Shown: positions 10,608 to 20,377, numbered from the whole stretch's first letter. The stretch: DNA of 63,621 nucleotides, filler included, from Candidatus Woesearchaeota archaeon (GCA_003650545.1; 15 parts of 15 records of this genome joined end to end with filler, not necessarily neighbours in it), one strand, 5' to 3'. A program made the numbers and translations. The notes: generated by a model from the letters alone, not told the origin.

Positions 10608-11549
10608 TCAATCATACCAACGTATAGCGAACCAAGTGAACTCCACCCATTCGTCATCGCCAGGAAAAATTATGTAGGTTTGGCTTCCGATGGTCACAGT
10701 GTCTTCTGGGTTTGAGTCGAAGCAGCTGGACACCTTGTAGACCCACTTCAGTTCGCCTCTGATTCCTGTGTGGTCTCGAATCAAAATAGGACAGAGGATT
10801 TTCGCGTTCGGGTCAAGTGGAGTTTCCTTCTGGATGTGAGGGTGGGGCCACATAACCCTGCACGAATTACATATGTACTCAAGGCACCCCCATGTACCTG
10901 TAGAAAGACAGTCCCCATAATCAAGACTGAAACACCTTCTCCAGCTGTCATAGCAGTCCCACAGGTAAACATATTGCCCGCCGTAAGGCCCCGTGATACC
11001 AACTCCGTGAGTGTAGATTGCCGCGCCCGGAGGCCCCGAGTGATAAGAACCGAACAAAAACACAGGCATCGGATCTACTTGGTGCGACCAGTAACGACGT
11101 AGCAATCCAACGTAGCAACATCGGTAAAACTGCGTGTAACGGACAACCGCAATAAAGCAATCTTTGTCTCCAATGAACCAAGCTTTTTCGTAGAGAACGT
11201 TGTCGGGTAAAACTCCCAAAGTTGGTAAACAGCAGTAGGAAGAGCACGCGGTGGTTGTGGACAAATGTCCCAGGTTATCGTCAAACCCTAATGCTTCGTC
11301 GAAACCTGTGTAGGCGTTAAATTGGATTCCCGCGCTTTGGTCCGAATACTGATAGTAAGTGACACCTATGTAGCAGGTCTCCTGTTCTGACTCACCAGTT
11401 GTCAAAAAGATTTTGTAGGGCTTCCCGAGCTTGGTGGTCCCTTCCTTGCGAACAGTCCACCCCAAGGAGTTTTGAATGAAGTCCACAATTTTATCGTAAA
11501 GGTCCACGATCCCGTTCACACTCGTGTAATGCACTTTACTGAACGCCAT
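10608..11549 (-). CDS. putative virion structural protein, Cys-rich (paralog of 11568-12551)
   Basis: Shares LGW.V, GES, QFNxYTG, WFxGDKDC and RGxLK blocks with its neighbour. Confidence 0.55.
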   Translation of the reverse strand: MAFSKVHYTSVNGIVDLYDKIVDFIQNSLGWTVRKEGTTKLGKPYKIFLTTGESEQETCYIGVTYYQYSDQSAGIQFNAYTGFDEALGFDDNLGHLSTTTACSSYCCLPTLGVLPDNVLYEKAWFIGDKDCFIAVVRYTQFYRCCYVGLLRRYWSHQVDPMPVFLFGSYHSGPPGAAIYTHGVGITGPYGGQYVYLWDCYDSWRRCFSLDYGDCLSTGTWGCLEYICNSCRVMWPHPHIQKETPLDPNAKILCPILIRDHTGIRGELKWVYKVSSCFDSNPEDTVTIGSQTYIIFPGDDEWVEFTWFAIRWYD

Positions 11550-11567
11550 CCCCCAACCCTCGTACGC

Positions 11568-12551
11568 TTATTCGTAGTATCTAATGGCGACAGTCGCGTC
11601 GGCTCCCGCTTGGTCTTTGTTAAAGATTATGTACGGGTCACCAGCCACATAGGTGACCGTTTCCGATGGTAAACTCCCTGGTTTTGTGTAATATATGTGT
11701 TTAAGAATGCCTCGCGTCTGTTTGTTGACAACAACATAAATGGGCATCAAGACTAGACCCGATGAGCGTGTCGAACATGTCCCATACGTCTCGGTTACTA
11801 AACGCATATCTGATCCAATGATCCAAAGATGACATTCCCCTTTACTGTATATACATCGACAGCACCAGTTCGCGTGTATGTAACTTCCGCACCAACCACT
11901 TCCATCGGGACACATAATATACCCCTTAGCACCAGCCGAGAGGTTGCCGCAACGGTAGGGGATAGGTCGAAAGTGATAACGCTTGTAACAATCACAGCAG
12001 TACGAGCACGAGTAAGAACTGTATCCTGCCATGTCCGCGGATCCGGCGAGCACAATGGGGTTCTGATCTACTGTGGAATCCCAAAAACGGATAGGTAGAC
12101 CCAAGTACGAAATCCCATAATAACCGTAATGAAACTTTGTTACGACGATTATGCAATCTTTGTCACCGAAGAACCAATAGTGAATAGTTGAGCCGTCATC
12201 GATGCTCCTGTGGCTAGGAAGAGCTCCGTAAATGCAGCAAGAGGAGCTGGGTGAGCAACAAACAGACCCGGGCTGGTCTACAAAACTGCTCGAAGACGTA
12301 TTCACCCCCGTGTACCCGTTAAACTGTAACCATGCTATCAACGAATTGCGCCAAGTACACAAAACCCCTACATAAATATCTTCGCCCCCCGACTCTCCAG
12401 AGGAATGGTAGATTCTCCACGGTCTGTCAGTGAATTCGTACCCCGAGTGGACAACGCTCCACCCCAGAGTTCCACTGATGAACTCATCCAACCTGTTGAA
12501 CAGATCCAAGTGTGAAGTTACCGAACCTGTCGTGAACTTGTACGGCATCAC
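11568..12551 (-). CDS. putative virion structural protein, Cys-rich (paralog of 10608-11549)
   Basis: Same shared blocks; several CC doublets. Confidence 0.55.
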   Translation of the reverse strand: MMPYKFTTGSVTSHLDLFNRLDEFISGTLGWSVVHSGYEFTDRPWRIYHSSGESGGEDIYVGVLCTWRNSLIAWLQFNGYTGVNTSSSSFVDQPGSVCCSPSSSCCIYGALPSHRSIDDGSTIHYWFFGDKDCIIVVTKFHYGYYGISYLGLPIRFWDSTVDQNPIVLAGSADMAGYSSYSCSYCCDCYKRYHFRPIPYRCGNLSAGAKGYIMCPDGSGWCGSYIHANWCCRCIYSKGECHLWIIGSDMRLVTETYGTCSTRSSGLVLMPIYVVVNKQTRGILKHIYYTKPGSLPSETVTYVAGDPYIIFNKDQAGADATVAIRYYE

Positions 12552-13012
12552 ACCCCCGCTACATACAAAGAAACGTTCCCCGAAGAAGGTGCTTGTGTGA
12601 CGTCGATCTTGATTCCACTGGCGCCGATCAGTTGATTGTCAACAATTGTGGTCATTCCCAAGTATCGTGTACCGTCGGACCTTCCGGTTGTTGCAACAGT
12701 TACTTCATTTGACTCCCCAATCAGAGCGCCGTTTGAGTCGTAAAACACGATTTTGAACGTCACCGATTGTCCGTCTTCTGAAAAACTGCTTTTTATTACT
12801 ATCATGCCCGCGGAGACAACATCAATGGGGTCACCGCTTGGGTACAACCCGGTCGCACTTACTTGGTAAACCTGGGGTGACGAAGGAAGTGTGCAAATCC
12901 CAGAATTGGGAGCGAACCTCTCTATGTGCTTGGAGACCCCGTCTTCTGAGAACTCGTAGGTAGCGATGTTTTTGTCTTGACCTTCAAATACGCTAACGTG
13001 TGACTTACTCAT
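12548..13012 (-). CDS. hypothetical beta-rich protein
   Basis: 154-aa ORF with 4-nt overlaps to both neighbours. Confidence 0.6.
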   Translation of the reverse strand: MSKSHVSVFEGQDKNIATYEFSEDGVSKHIERFAPNSGICTLPSSPQVYQVSATGLYPSGDPIDVVSAGMIVIKSSFSEDGQSVTFKIVFYDSNGALIGESNEVTVATTGRSDGTRYLGMTTIVDNQLIGASGIKIDVTQAPSSGNVSLYVAGV

Positions 13013-13674
13013 CCGAGCTCTCCTACCACCTGTACTTTACGCGTGATTTTGATTCCCGGCTCACCCCACTGGGAATAATCTAACTGAATTTGATACCCAG
13101 ATAAAGCCTGAGAAGAAGTAATCGTCACTTTCTTCCTCTTTGTAAATGTATGTCCGTCTATGGTCCAGGAACCAGATTCTTCTGAGGAGTAGGAGATGGA
13201 TGGAGGAGAGGAGGAGTATTTGCGAATGAGAAACCAATCTACATATACATTCACATTGTTGTTGCGCCAAATAACTGGCGTGAATGCTACGGTCCAAGCC
13301 GACTGGGTGTCCGCCACGGAGGCGAGAATGCTCCTCTCGGAATTGAGAATCCTAGAAACAAAACTTGTTGTTCCCGTTCGACAGATTTGAACACAATACC
13401 AAGTGTCGACGGCAAAAGTAGCTTGATCCTTCACATAAGACGTGCTACCGTTTACTATGCGTTGGTAATCCCAATCTCCGTCATTATCTCGGTCCTGCCA
13501 ACAAACTCGTTGGTCGTTATTGGAGTTAGTGAGGGCGAAGTGAGGGTTGCAGTTCGTTGCACTCCGCTTAACTCTCCACTCAACACAGACCCTAGCCCCG
13601 ACATCTATATCAACTTTGGCGCGCAGGATTCTCCAGTTACTGTCATCGCCCCATGTCTTTAGCAGCCCACTCTC
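13009..13674 (-). CDS. DUF2341-associated lectin-like protein, 5' truncated
   Basis: Frame is open from the contig end (ESGLLKTWGDDSNWRIL...), passes VDWFLIRKY and ends with FTKRKKVTIT...LSGYQIQLDY. Confidence 0.6.
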   Translation of the reverse strand, partial: ESGLLKTWGDDSNWRILRAKVDIDVGARVCVEWRVKRSATNCNPHFALTNSNNDQRVCWQDRDNDGDWDYQRIVNGSTSYVKDQATFAVDTWYCVQICRTGTTSFVSRILNSERSILASVADTQSAWTVAFTPVIWRNNNVNVYVDWFLIRKYSSSPPSISYSSEESGSWTIDGHTFTKRKKVTITSSQALSGYQIQLDYSQWGEPGIKITRKVQVVGELG

Positions 13675-13776
13675 NNNNNNNNNNNNNNNNNNNNNNNNNN
13701 NNNNNNNNNNNNNNNNNNTTAATTAATTAANNNNNNNNNNNNNNNNNNNNNNNNNNNNNNNNNNNNNNNNNNNNGG

Positions 13777-14334
13777 ACTCTAGTAGTTGATAAGGTATAT
13801 CCCGAAGGGGACCTTATAATACATGAAGGATTATTGGAAGGAGATGGGAAGCCTTCAATTAATGAGCTTGTTCACGGAGTTCTTGACTGGGATAGAAGGT
13901 ATAGGCTTATGCGTATGCATACAGCAGCTCACATAATAGGATGTGTTATTAAGAAGCTATTTAATGCAGATTTTCATGGAGGGGCTATAGGGGTAGAAGA
14001 AAGTTATGATGACTATACTGCAAGGATAACTAGGAATGATTTGCCAAAAATAGAGGCTGAAGCCAATAAAATTGTTGAAGCCGGAATACCACATATAGTC
14101 ATCTGGCTGCCTAGAGATGAAGCTGAAAAGTATTTAGAAAAATATGGGGTAAGGCTGACAGAATTACATGCAGGCCTCAAGACAATAAGGATTCTTGAGA
14201 TAAAAGGCTTATGTGCCTTCCCTTGTGGCGGAACTCACGTGACTAATACAAGAGAAGTCGGGAGGATAAAGCTATTGAAGAGAGAAAGCAAAGGGAGAGG
14301 GATAACTAGGATTAGATTTACTATCGAACCTTAG
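13777..14334 (+). CDS. alaX: alanyl-tRNA editing protein AlaX, 5' truncated
   Basis: DWDRRYRLMRMHTAAH (HxxxH) and CGGTHV (CxxxH) zinc-site motifs. Confidence 0.9.
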   Translation, partial: TLVVDKVYPEGDLIIHEGLLEGDGKPSINELVHGVLDWDRRYRLMRMHTAAHIIGCVIKKLFNADFHGGAIGVEESYDDYTARITRNDLPKIEAEANKIVEAGIPHIVIWLPRDEAEKYLEKYGVRLTELHAGLKTIRILEIKGLCAFPCGGTHVTNTREVGRIKLLKRESKGRGITRIRFTIEP

Positions 14335-14337
14335 CCA

Positions 14338-15333
14338 TCAACCAGAATAGGCCAAGGAAATCTCTATTTTAGTACCAATACATGTTTCAAGAAACCTCCT
14401 TACCTCTTTTGCTTTCATAATATTTTTACTGCAATCAAACTCACAGTATACTCTTATAACACTACTTCCCTCCAAAGTATCATACTCTATATAATCTACG
14501 CTTTGATCTCGAGTATAATCTAGGTAATCGGAGATGGCTAAGATACTTGCATTGAGCCCTATATCCTCTCTATAATCTAGGCTACAATATTGGGCCAAGG
14601 TATCAATTATTAAAGAGGATAAGAAATCATCAATATTACCACTCCTTAAGATCTTAAGGCTTTCTTCACTCTTTACACAATCACATTTAATTATTTCGTG
14701 AACTATAGCCGAGGCTGTTGTAGCCATTTTGGATTCTCTAGACAATTCTCTCACAATATCAAGGTCTGAAAGTAATTCCACGCTCAACTGTGTTACTTTA
14801 GAAGCATGTTTTATACCTGCTCCATAGTCATACTTTGATGCTAAGCCAACTATTTTATCTAAATAAGGCTTGGGCAAGAATTTGAGAAGACTATATAAGT
14901 CATAGACCATTTTCTCTTGGCGAGCTACTTCAAGAGCTCCCGGGATCTTTTTACGTACCCTGATTACAGCATCCCATGGCGTATAGTTATGAGCATAGAC
15001 AAGATACGCGGCAGCGACTGTACCACTACGCCCAATTCCCCCCATACAGTGAACTAATACTTTATGCCCATAGTCAAGCCTGGATTTTATCCATTTAACT
15101 ATATTGTATAATTCAAGAAGATGAGGAGGCCACCAATCTCTCGTTGGATTATAATATATTTCGACTCCATAAGACCTCCATTGTCTTATATAGTTCTGTA
15201 TACTCATCCCAGGATACTCGTGCGGCTCGATCAATATGACAACAGAGTCAAAAATACTAGCTAATTCAGGGATCTCGTGAGGATAGGGCATTCTTGATAC
15301 AGCGAGTTTTCCATTAATAATCCATCTATACAT
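14338..15333 (-). CDS. dual-specificity/protein-tyrosine phosphatase with C-terminal HD-like domain
   Basis: VHCMGGIGRSGT (HCx5R). The C-terminal half has HASKV...AIVHEI...ILAISDYLD. Confidence 0.8.
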   Translation of the reverse strand: MYRWIINGKLAVSRMPYPHEIPELASIFDSVVILIEPHEYPGMSIQNYIRQWRSYGVEIYYNPTRDWWPPHLLELYNIVKWIKSRLDYGHKVLVHCMGGIGRSGTVAAAYLVYAHNYTPWDAVIRVRKKIPGALEVARQEKMVYDLYSLLKFLPKPYLDKIVGLASKYDYGAGIKHASKVTQLSVELLSDLDIVRELSRESKMATTASAIVHEIIKCDCVKSEESLKILRSGNIDDFLSSLIIDTLAQYCSLDYREDIGLNASILAISDYLDYTRDQSVDYIEYDTLEGSSVIRVYCEFDCSKNIMKAKEVRRFLETCIGTKIEISLAYSG

Positions 15334-15370
15334 CAGCTTTTAGCCCCATAGTATTTTGGGATAAAAGAGC

Positions 15371-15784
15371 CTATGCCATTTCCATGGATTCCTTGATTTT
15401 CTCAACTTTCGTCATGAACTTATTTAGGTCAACAATATACCTCTCATGCATTCCTTCACCGATAGTTATTGAGCCGGAATACGCTCTAACCTTAAATACT
15501 AAACGTCTCCCATCAACTTGTATCAACTCTGATTCAACAGTTACTTTCGAGCTCAGTGGAGCAGGTGCTTTATGGTACACATCTACATGAGTGCCCACAG
15601 TAGCCTCGTTATCATCTAGGTATTTCTCCACTAAAAGCCTAGAACACTCCTCCATCCACGTGATCATTGCTGGTGTCGCTAAGACATTTACTCCCCCGCT
15701 CCCGAGAAATTTTGCTGTATGTTCTTCTCTAACAGTCTTGACAATGACATTCTTTAAACCAGGCTTTAAACCCTCTTTAACCAT
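15371..15784 (-). CDS. hotdog-fold thioesterase (fluoroacetyl-CoA thioesterase FlK-like)
   Basis: GSGGVNVLATPAMITWME, TVGTHVDVYHKAP and GEGMHER. Confidence 0.85.
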   Translation of the reverse strand: MVKEGLKPGLKNVIVKTVREEHTAKFLGSGGVNVLATPAMITWMEECSRLLVEKYLDDNEATVGTHVDVYHKAPAPLSSKVTVESELIQVDGRRLVFKVRAYSGSITIGEGMHERYIVDLNKFMTKVEKIKESMEMA

Positions 15785-15848
15785 AGTTTTTTCTCACCAG
15801 TCTAAAGTAAGTTGGGGAAAGGTTAATTAATTGTAGCTACCTTTGATT

Positions 15849-17042
15849 CTAATACGCATTAGATAATAGCCATATGTTGCCTATACTTACATGCTTAAGC
15901 CCTGCTCTCTTGGCAGCCTCTAGTGCCCTATATGCATGATTACGGCTTGTTGTAGGTAATTCAAGCATTTTATACTCTGGATGAAAAGCCAGTAGAGTAT
16001 ACGGAATCTCCGGATCTAGTTCAGCTAAAAATCTAGCAATATTCTCAACTTCATACTCATCAACATAGCCGGGTACTAGGAGAGTACTAACTGTTAGCAA
16101 GGGGACTTCAGGCCTCTCATGAATCCTCTTTGCTATTCTCTTAATGTTTTCAAAAACAAGCCTACCGTCATTACCTGTCAAAGCATAGTAGACGCTTGGT
16201 GTCCAAGCCTTAACATCTATCTTAATGATCCCTCCTGTTTCAAGACTAAGTTCTACAACCTGGTCAACAATATTAGGGTTCATGAGGCCATTTGTTTCCC
16301 AACATATTCTGAATACTCTCATCTTTTTCCTTGTTGCTTCTTTAATCATTTCTCGCGAAGCTTTAAGGGCATGGATAATATTTGGCCCGGGGTCTCCTCC
16401 AAAGAAGCATACGCATGTAGTTCTTCTACTAACCTTTGAAACAAGTTCATCTATAGACAATAATGGCTTGCCTTTAACAGCCATATTGCGGTATTCCCAG
16501 TTTTGACAGAATAAGCAATCAAAATTACATGAGCCGTAAAATACAGCTATGTTGTAGTAACCTCTTTCAGGCCCATTATCTACTAAAGAGTATTTTGGAT
16601 ACCCTCTACCTGTAGCTCCAGGGCAAAACCATTCAGCCACACAATTCGTGGGATGCGGGTCAAGGTATACGAGGCCTGGTACACGGTCAAAAGAACCCGT
16701 TATTGGTGTTATTTTTCCATCTCTATTCTCTATTACGCCACAATAGCCTCTGCCTCCTTTAGGAATCATGCATCTATTGCCGCATATAGTACACTGGATC
16801 CCTTTAGGATCCCTAGGTACTGTAGGGGGTAGACCTATCTCTTTTCTGATACGCTTATGCACTTCCTCAGCAATCTTCATAGATTGTTCGGGATATTTAC
16901 GAAGACAGTCAACACAAATTTTTATCTCTTTAGAAATAAGCCTTGATTCTTTGCCACAGATAATACACTTCCTTTTGCCTAAACTAAAATAGCTTTTTCT
17001 CGTAAATAAAAACCTGTAGTCAAAAACCATTAATTTATACAC
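15849..17042 (-). CDS. radical SAM protein (PFL-activating-enzyme-like, archaeal)
   Basis: CNFDCLFCQN (CxxxCxxC), N-terminal Cys clusters, FFGGDP and WETNG. Confidence 0.85.
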   Translation of the reverse strand: MYKLMVFDYRFLFTRKSYFSLGKRKCIICGKESRLISKEIKICVDCLRKYPEQSMKIAEEVHKRIRKEIGLPPTVPRDPKGIQCTICGNRCMIPKGGRGYCGVIENRDGKITPITGSFDRVPGLVYLDPHPTNCVAEWFCPGATGRGYPKYSLVDNGPERGYYNIAVFYGSCNFDCLFCQNWEYRNMAVKGKPLLSIDELVSKVSRRTTCVCFFGGDPGPNIIHALKASREMIKEATRKKMRVFRICWETNGLMNPNIVDQVVELSLETGGIIKIDVKAWTPSVYYALTGNDGRLVFENIKRIAKRIHERPEVPLLTVSTLLVPGYVDEYEVENIARFLAELDPEIPYTLLAFHPEYKMLELPTTSRNHAYRALEAAKRAGLKHVSIGNIWLLSNAY

Positions 17043-17122
17043 CTTTAATCCTAGAGAGCTTTCTCCTCATATTTTCTCTTTTACAGGCTAATATTTTCAC
17101 ACATATCTATACTCCAGTTAAT

Positions 17123-18064
17123 TTATTGTCTTGACAATAGTTTTGCATACTTTTTATCAAAGCTACCATAAGCTATCATCATGTGCTCTGTGTTAAAGCC
17201 TATATACTCTTCACCATTTCTATCAACAGCTATGAATCCTATAGTGTTGAGCCCACACATTCTTGTCACATAGTCTAGTATTAATTCACCTGACTTACTT
17301 ATACTGTATCCTTGATGGACTAGTATCGATAATCTTATCGAAGGCATTGATCTAATTATGACTTCGCCTAAACCAGTAGCAGCAACAGCTACAAGGTCGT
17401 CGGCCCAAAAACCTGCTCCAGGTATTGGTGAATCACCAACTCTACCAGGCAGCTTAAGCCACACGCCTCCCGTACTTACTGCTGAAGCCAATCTACCATC
17501 CTGATCTAGTGCTACGGCTCCAACAGTGTCTAATAAACCTAGTTCCTTAGCTAATTCAATATTTCCTTTGAAATACGTAATCTCGCCTTTTTTGTATTTT
17601 TCTATAAGCTCATTATATCGTCTAATAATATCATTTGATGGGGGAGGCATTTTTTCTAAACCCATTCTCTCAGCGAGAAAGTCAGCCCCGCTTCCAGCCA
17701 AAATGACGTGATCTGTTTTCTCGAGAATTACTTTTGCTAATCTAACTGGATTCTTAGGATACCTAGTTGCGGCAACAGCTCCTATCCTCATGGAATAGCC
17801 ATCCATTACTCCAGCATCCATTTCCCTTATACCATTAATGCTTAGTATACTGCCTAAACCTGCATTAAAAGAACCCGAGTCCTCCATATAAGCCACAGCT
17901 TCAACAACAGCTTCTAAGGCAGAACCTGACTTAAGGAATCTTAATCCATGTTCGAGGGCATTATATATATCTCTTAATGCCTTATCGATCCTATCTTTAG
18001 GGGCCCTCCACCTACCTGCACCGCCATGAAGTATTAATAAAGGCTTAGGCATCTCCAACACCAT
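17123..18064 (-). CDS. isoaspartyl peptidase/L-asparaginase (Ntn hydrolase)
   Basis: HGGAG, FNAG, EMDA, DTVGAVA (Thr nucleophile), STGG and GRVGDSP. Confidence 0.92.
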   Translation of the reverse strand: MVLEMPKPLLILHGGAGRWRAPKDRIDKALRDIYNALEHGLRFLKSGSALEAVVEAVAYMEDSGSFNAGLGSILSINGIREMDAGVMDGYSMRIGAVAATRYPKNPVRLAKVILEKTDHVILAGSGADFLAERMGLEKMPPPSNDIIRRYNELIEKYKKGEITYFKGNIELAKELGLLDTVGAVALDQDGRLASAVSTGGVWLKLPGRVGDSPIPGAGFWADDLVAVAATGLGEVIIRSMPSIRLSILVHQGYSISKSGELILDYVTRMCGLNTIGFIAVDRNGEEYIGFNTEHMMIAYGSFDKKYAKLLSRQ

Positions 18065-18214
18065 AGTTTTTATTGCAATACCTAATTACTTGTAGATCAG
18101 GTANNNNNNNNNNNNNNNNNNNNNNNNNNNNNNNNNNNNNNNNNNNNTTAATTAATTAANNNNNNNNNNNNNNNNNNNNNNNNNNNNNNNNNNNNNNNNN
18201 NNNAATAATAAGCT

Positions 18215-18577
18215 TTGTTGGAGGTGAAAATTTTGGTTTATCCATTCGTAAAGACCGTAAATAGTAAAGAAGCAACAAAACTACTAAAAGAGGCAAATCA
18301 GATTATAGTTGCTGTTGAAAAGCACGGTTTTTCCAGGGCATATCAGAGCAAGTTTCCATATTTTGCTCTATACATTGAAAACATTAAGAATGGTGAATCT
18401 GCTTTAACCAAGCTATTAGTTGAAGATTGCCCATACTACTCAAAGAGAATGAAAGCCTATGAAATGTCTGTTTGGGGTGCTGATAGAATTTTTGCGTTAT
18501 TTGAGTCAATAGTTGGTGATTATAAGTTAGCAAATGAGTTGATGCAAAAGACATACTTCCTTGCACCAGAGGTGTGA
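18215..18577 (+). CDS. hypothetical protein, tandem paralog 1
   Basis: Shares ATKLLxEAxQII, LLVEDCPxYS and ELxxKTY with the next ORF. The true start may be the TTG after GGAGGTGA. Confidence 0.7.
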   Translation: MLEVKILVYPFVKTVNSKEATKLLKEANQIIVAVEKHGFSRAYQSKFPYFALYIENIKNGESALTKLLVEDCPYYSKRMKAYEMSVWGADRIFALFESIVGDYKLANELMQKTYFLAPEV

Positions 18578-18882
18578 GATTGGTTCAAGCAATAAAGGAG
18601 TTCGTAAATAAAAAACAAGCAACAAAGCTATTGGAAGAAGCTGATCAGATTATAATTGTGCTTGAAAAGGAAGGTAAATCAGTTAAATACTTTAAGTTAT
18701 ATAGAGAAGTGGTCAAGAACGGTAAGCCAATTTTATATGAATTGCTTGTTGAAGATTGTCCAATTTATTCAGATGGTGTTTATAAGCTATCTGTTTTTGG
18801 AGGATCTTTAGAATTGCTTCAGTCAATAGTTGATAATTATAGAATAGCAAGTGAATTGTTGGAGAAAACTTATGTCTTGTAG
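18574..18882 (+). CDS. hypothetical protein, tandem paralog 2
   Basis: Clear paralog of 18215-18577. Confidence 0.7.
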   Translation: MRLVQAIKEFVNKKQATKLLEEADQIIIVLEKEGKSVKYFKLYREVVKNGKPILYELLVEDCPIYSDGVYKLSVFGGSLELLQSIVDNYRIASELLEKTYVL

Positions 18883-18891
18883 GTGTGAGAA

Positions 18892-18987
18892 TTGATTAGT
18901 GCAATCAGAAAAACAGTAAGTAAAAAGGAGTTATTACAGAAAACATATATTTTTGAACCAGATTTTGTTTACTTAAAGGAGGTGTAA
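18892..18987 (+). pseudogene. internally deleted third paralog (31 aa)
   Basis: LISAIRKTVSKKELLQKTYIFEPDFVYLKEV joins the N- and C-terminal ends of the two upstream paralogs; same AGGTGTGAGA leader. Confidence 0.5.
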
Positions 18988-18990
18988 AAA

Positions 18991-19287
18991 GTGAAGTATA
19001 AATATTCACTTGGTTACCAGTTCAGAAGAGCTTTGGAATCTCTTGGAATAAATCCAAGAGGTAGAGTTCTCAAGAGGTCTTCTCCAGAGTATAGGGAGAT
19101 ATTTAGGAGAGTTAAAAGAAAAGACCCTTCAATAAAGCTCAAGTTCATCAAAGACTTTATGGATGGTAAAATTTATTTATTGACAGACGAAAAAAGTGGT
19201 AGGAAATATATCTGGGGTGTGTTCAAAAAGCCAGGAAGCTATATAGCAAGACATTTTCTTGCTTATGGGGGTGAATTGATTGAATAA
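18991..19287 (+). CDS. small basic hypothetical protein
   Basis: 98 aa, Lys/Arg-rich; GGAGGTG SD. Confidence 0.6.
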   Translation: MKYKYSLGYQFRRALESLGINPRGRVLKRSSPEYREIFRRVKRKDPSIKLKFIKDFMDGKIYLLTDEKSGRKYIWGVFKKPGSYIARHFLAYGGELIE

Positions 19288-20374
19288 GTTGAATAAAGGT
19301 GCTTTGTTCTTTTTGATTTTACTACCATTAGCTACAGCTTGGTGGAATCCAGACTGGCAGTATAGAGTTCCAGCTACAATTCAAACAAACGAAACATGGA
19401 CTGATGCTTTAGTTCTTATTACTTTAGATACTCAACAACTAATTGGTGCATCAAAAGTAAAGCCTGATTGTGGTGATATTAGAGTAATAGATGGAGACGA
19501 CGAAACAGAGCTTCAAATTTATGCACTTTCTGGGTGTGGAAAAGATACAACGAATATTTATGCCATCGTTCCCTATGTTTCCCCAAACAAGGTAATCTAT
19601 GTTTACTATGGTAACCCAAGTGCAACACTAAATACAACTGAAACTTTAGTAAGTCCAGAGGTTATAAGTGCTGTATTGTATGATGACTTTGATGGTGATG
19701 TGTTAGACATTAACAAATGGGAAACCGACACGAGTGCAGGTTCTGTTAGTGTTAGTGGTGGTCTTTTGCATTTATCAAGTTCTTCTGGAAGTGCTTATAA
19801 TCATGCATGGGTTATATCAAAACAAAGGTTTCTTTGTAGATTTATGAGAGTGGAAATTAAAAAGTTTGGGTGTGGTTCACATTATGAATATGTTTTAGCT
19901 GGGTTAGTAAATGATTCTTATAGAGGTATTTATGGAGATAATTATGGAATACCATATCCTTCATTATCTGTTGCAGATTGGAGAAATCAAAACAAACGAG
20001 GTGTTTATCTAATAGATGATAACGGGCAAGGAAGTTGGCTAACATCACTTTATGTTTGTGGTTATAATCATACTATTGAGCCATCAGATTCCATTGTTAG
20101 GGTTGATGGAAATGATATAAGCACAGATTTTCTTTTAAATCATAAATATTGTAGGGTTGCTTTTAGTGTTGATGGTGATTCTTCTATGACAATTGATGCT
20201 GTAAAAGTATATAGTGTAGCTTTCTCAACTATCTTGGGAGCAGAAGAGACCTATACCCAACCAATTACAGAAAAACCCCCAGAGGAAGTCAAGAAAGAAC
20301 TAAAGTGGATAATTCCTCTGGTTATTGTTGTTGCTGGTGGAATAATAGCATTTATTCTTTTAGAGGAGGTGTAA
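19280..20374 (+). CDS. DUF2341 domain membrane-anchored surface protein
   Basis: Signal peptide; WWNPDWQYR, DCGDIRV, IYVYYGNP and DDFDG; C-terminal TM helix. Confidence 0.8.
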   Translation: MNKLNKGALFFLILLPLATAWWNPDWQYRVPATIQTNETWTDALVLITLDTQQLIGASKVKPDCGDIRVIDGDDETELQIYALSGCGKDTTNIYAIVPYVSPNKVIYVYYGNPSATLNTTETLVSPEVISAVLYDDFDGDVLDINKWETDTSAGSVSVSGGLLHLSSSSGSAYNHAWVISKQRFLCRFMRVEIKKFGCGSHYEYVLAGLVNDSYRGIYGDNYGIPYPSLSVADWRNQNKRGVYLIDDNGQGSWLTSLYVCGYNHTIEPSDSIVRVDGNDISTDFLLNHKYCRVAFSVDGDSSMTIDAVKVYSVAFSTILGAEETYTQPITEKPPEEVKKELKWIIPLVIVVAGGIIAFILLEEV

Positions 20375-20377
20375 GCA

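Larger units (their letters stand above)
9343..13674 (-). mobile_element. fragment of a virus/provirus structural (tail-like) gene module
   Basis: Six co-oriented, tightly packed genes with no signal peptides, resembling virion structural and DUF2341 proteins; GAGGTGA SD before 10590. Confidence 0.5.
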
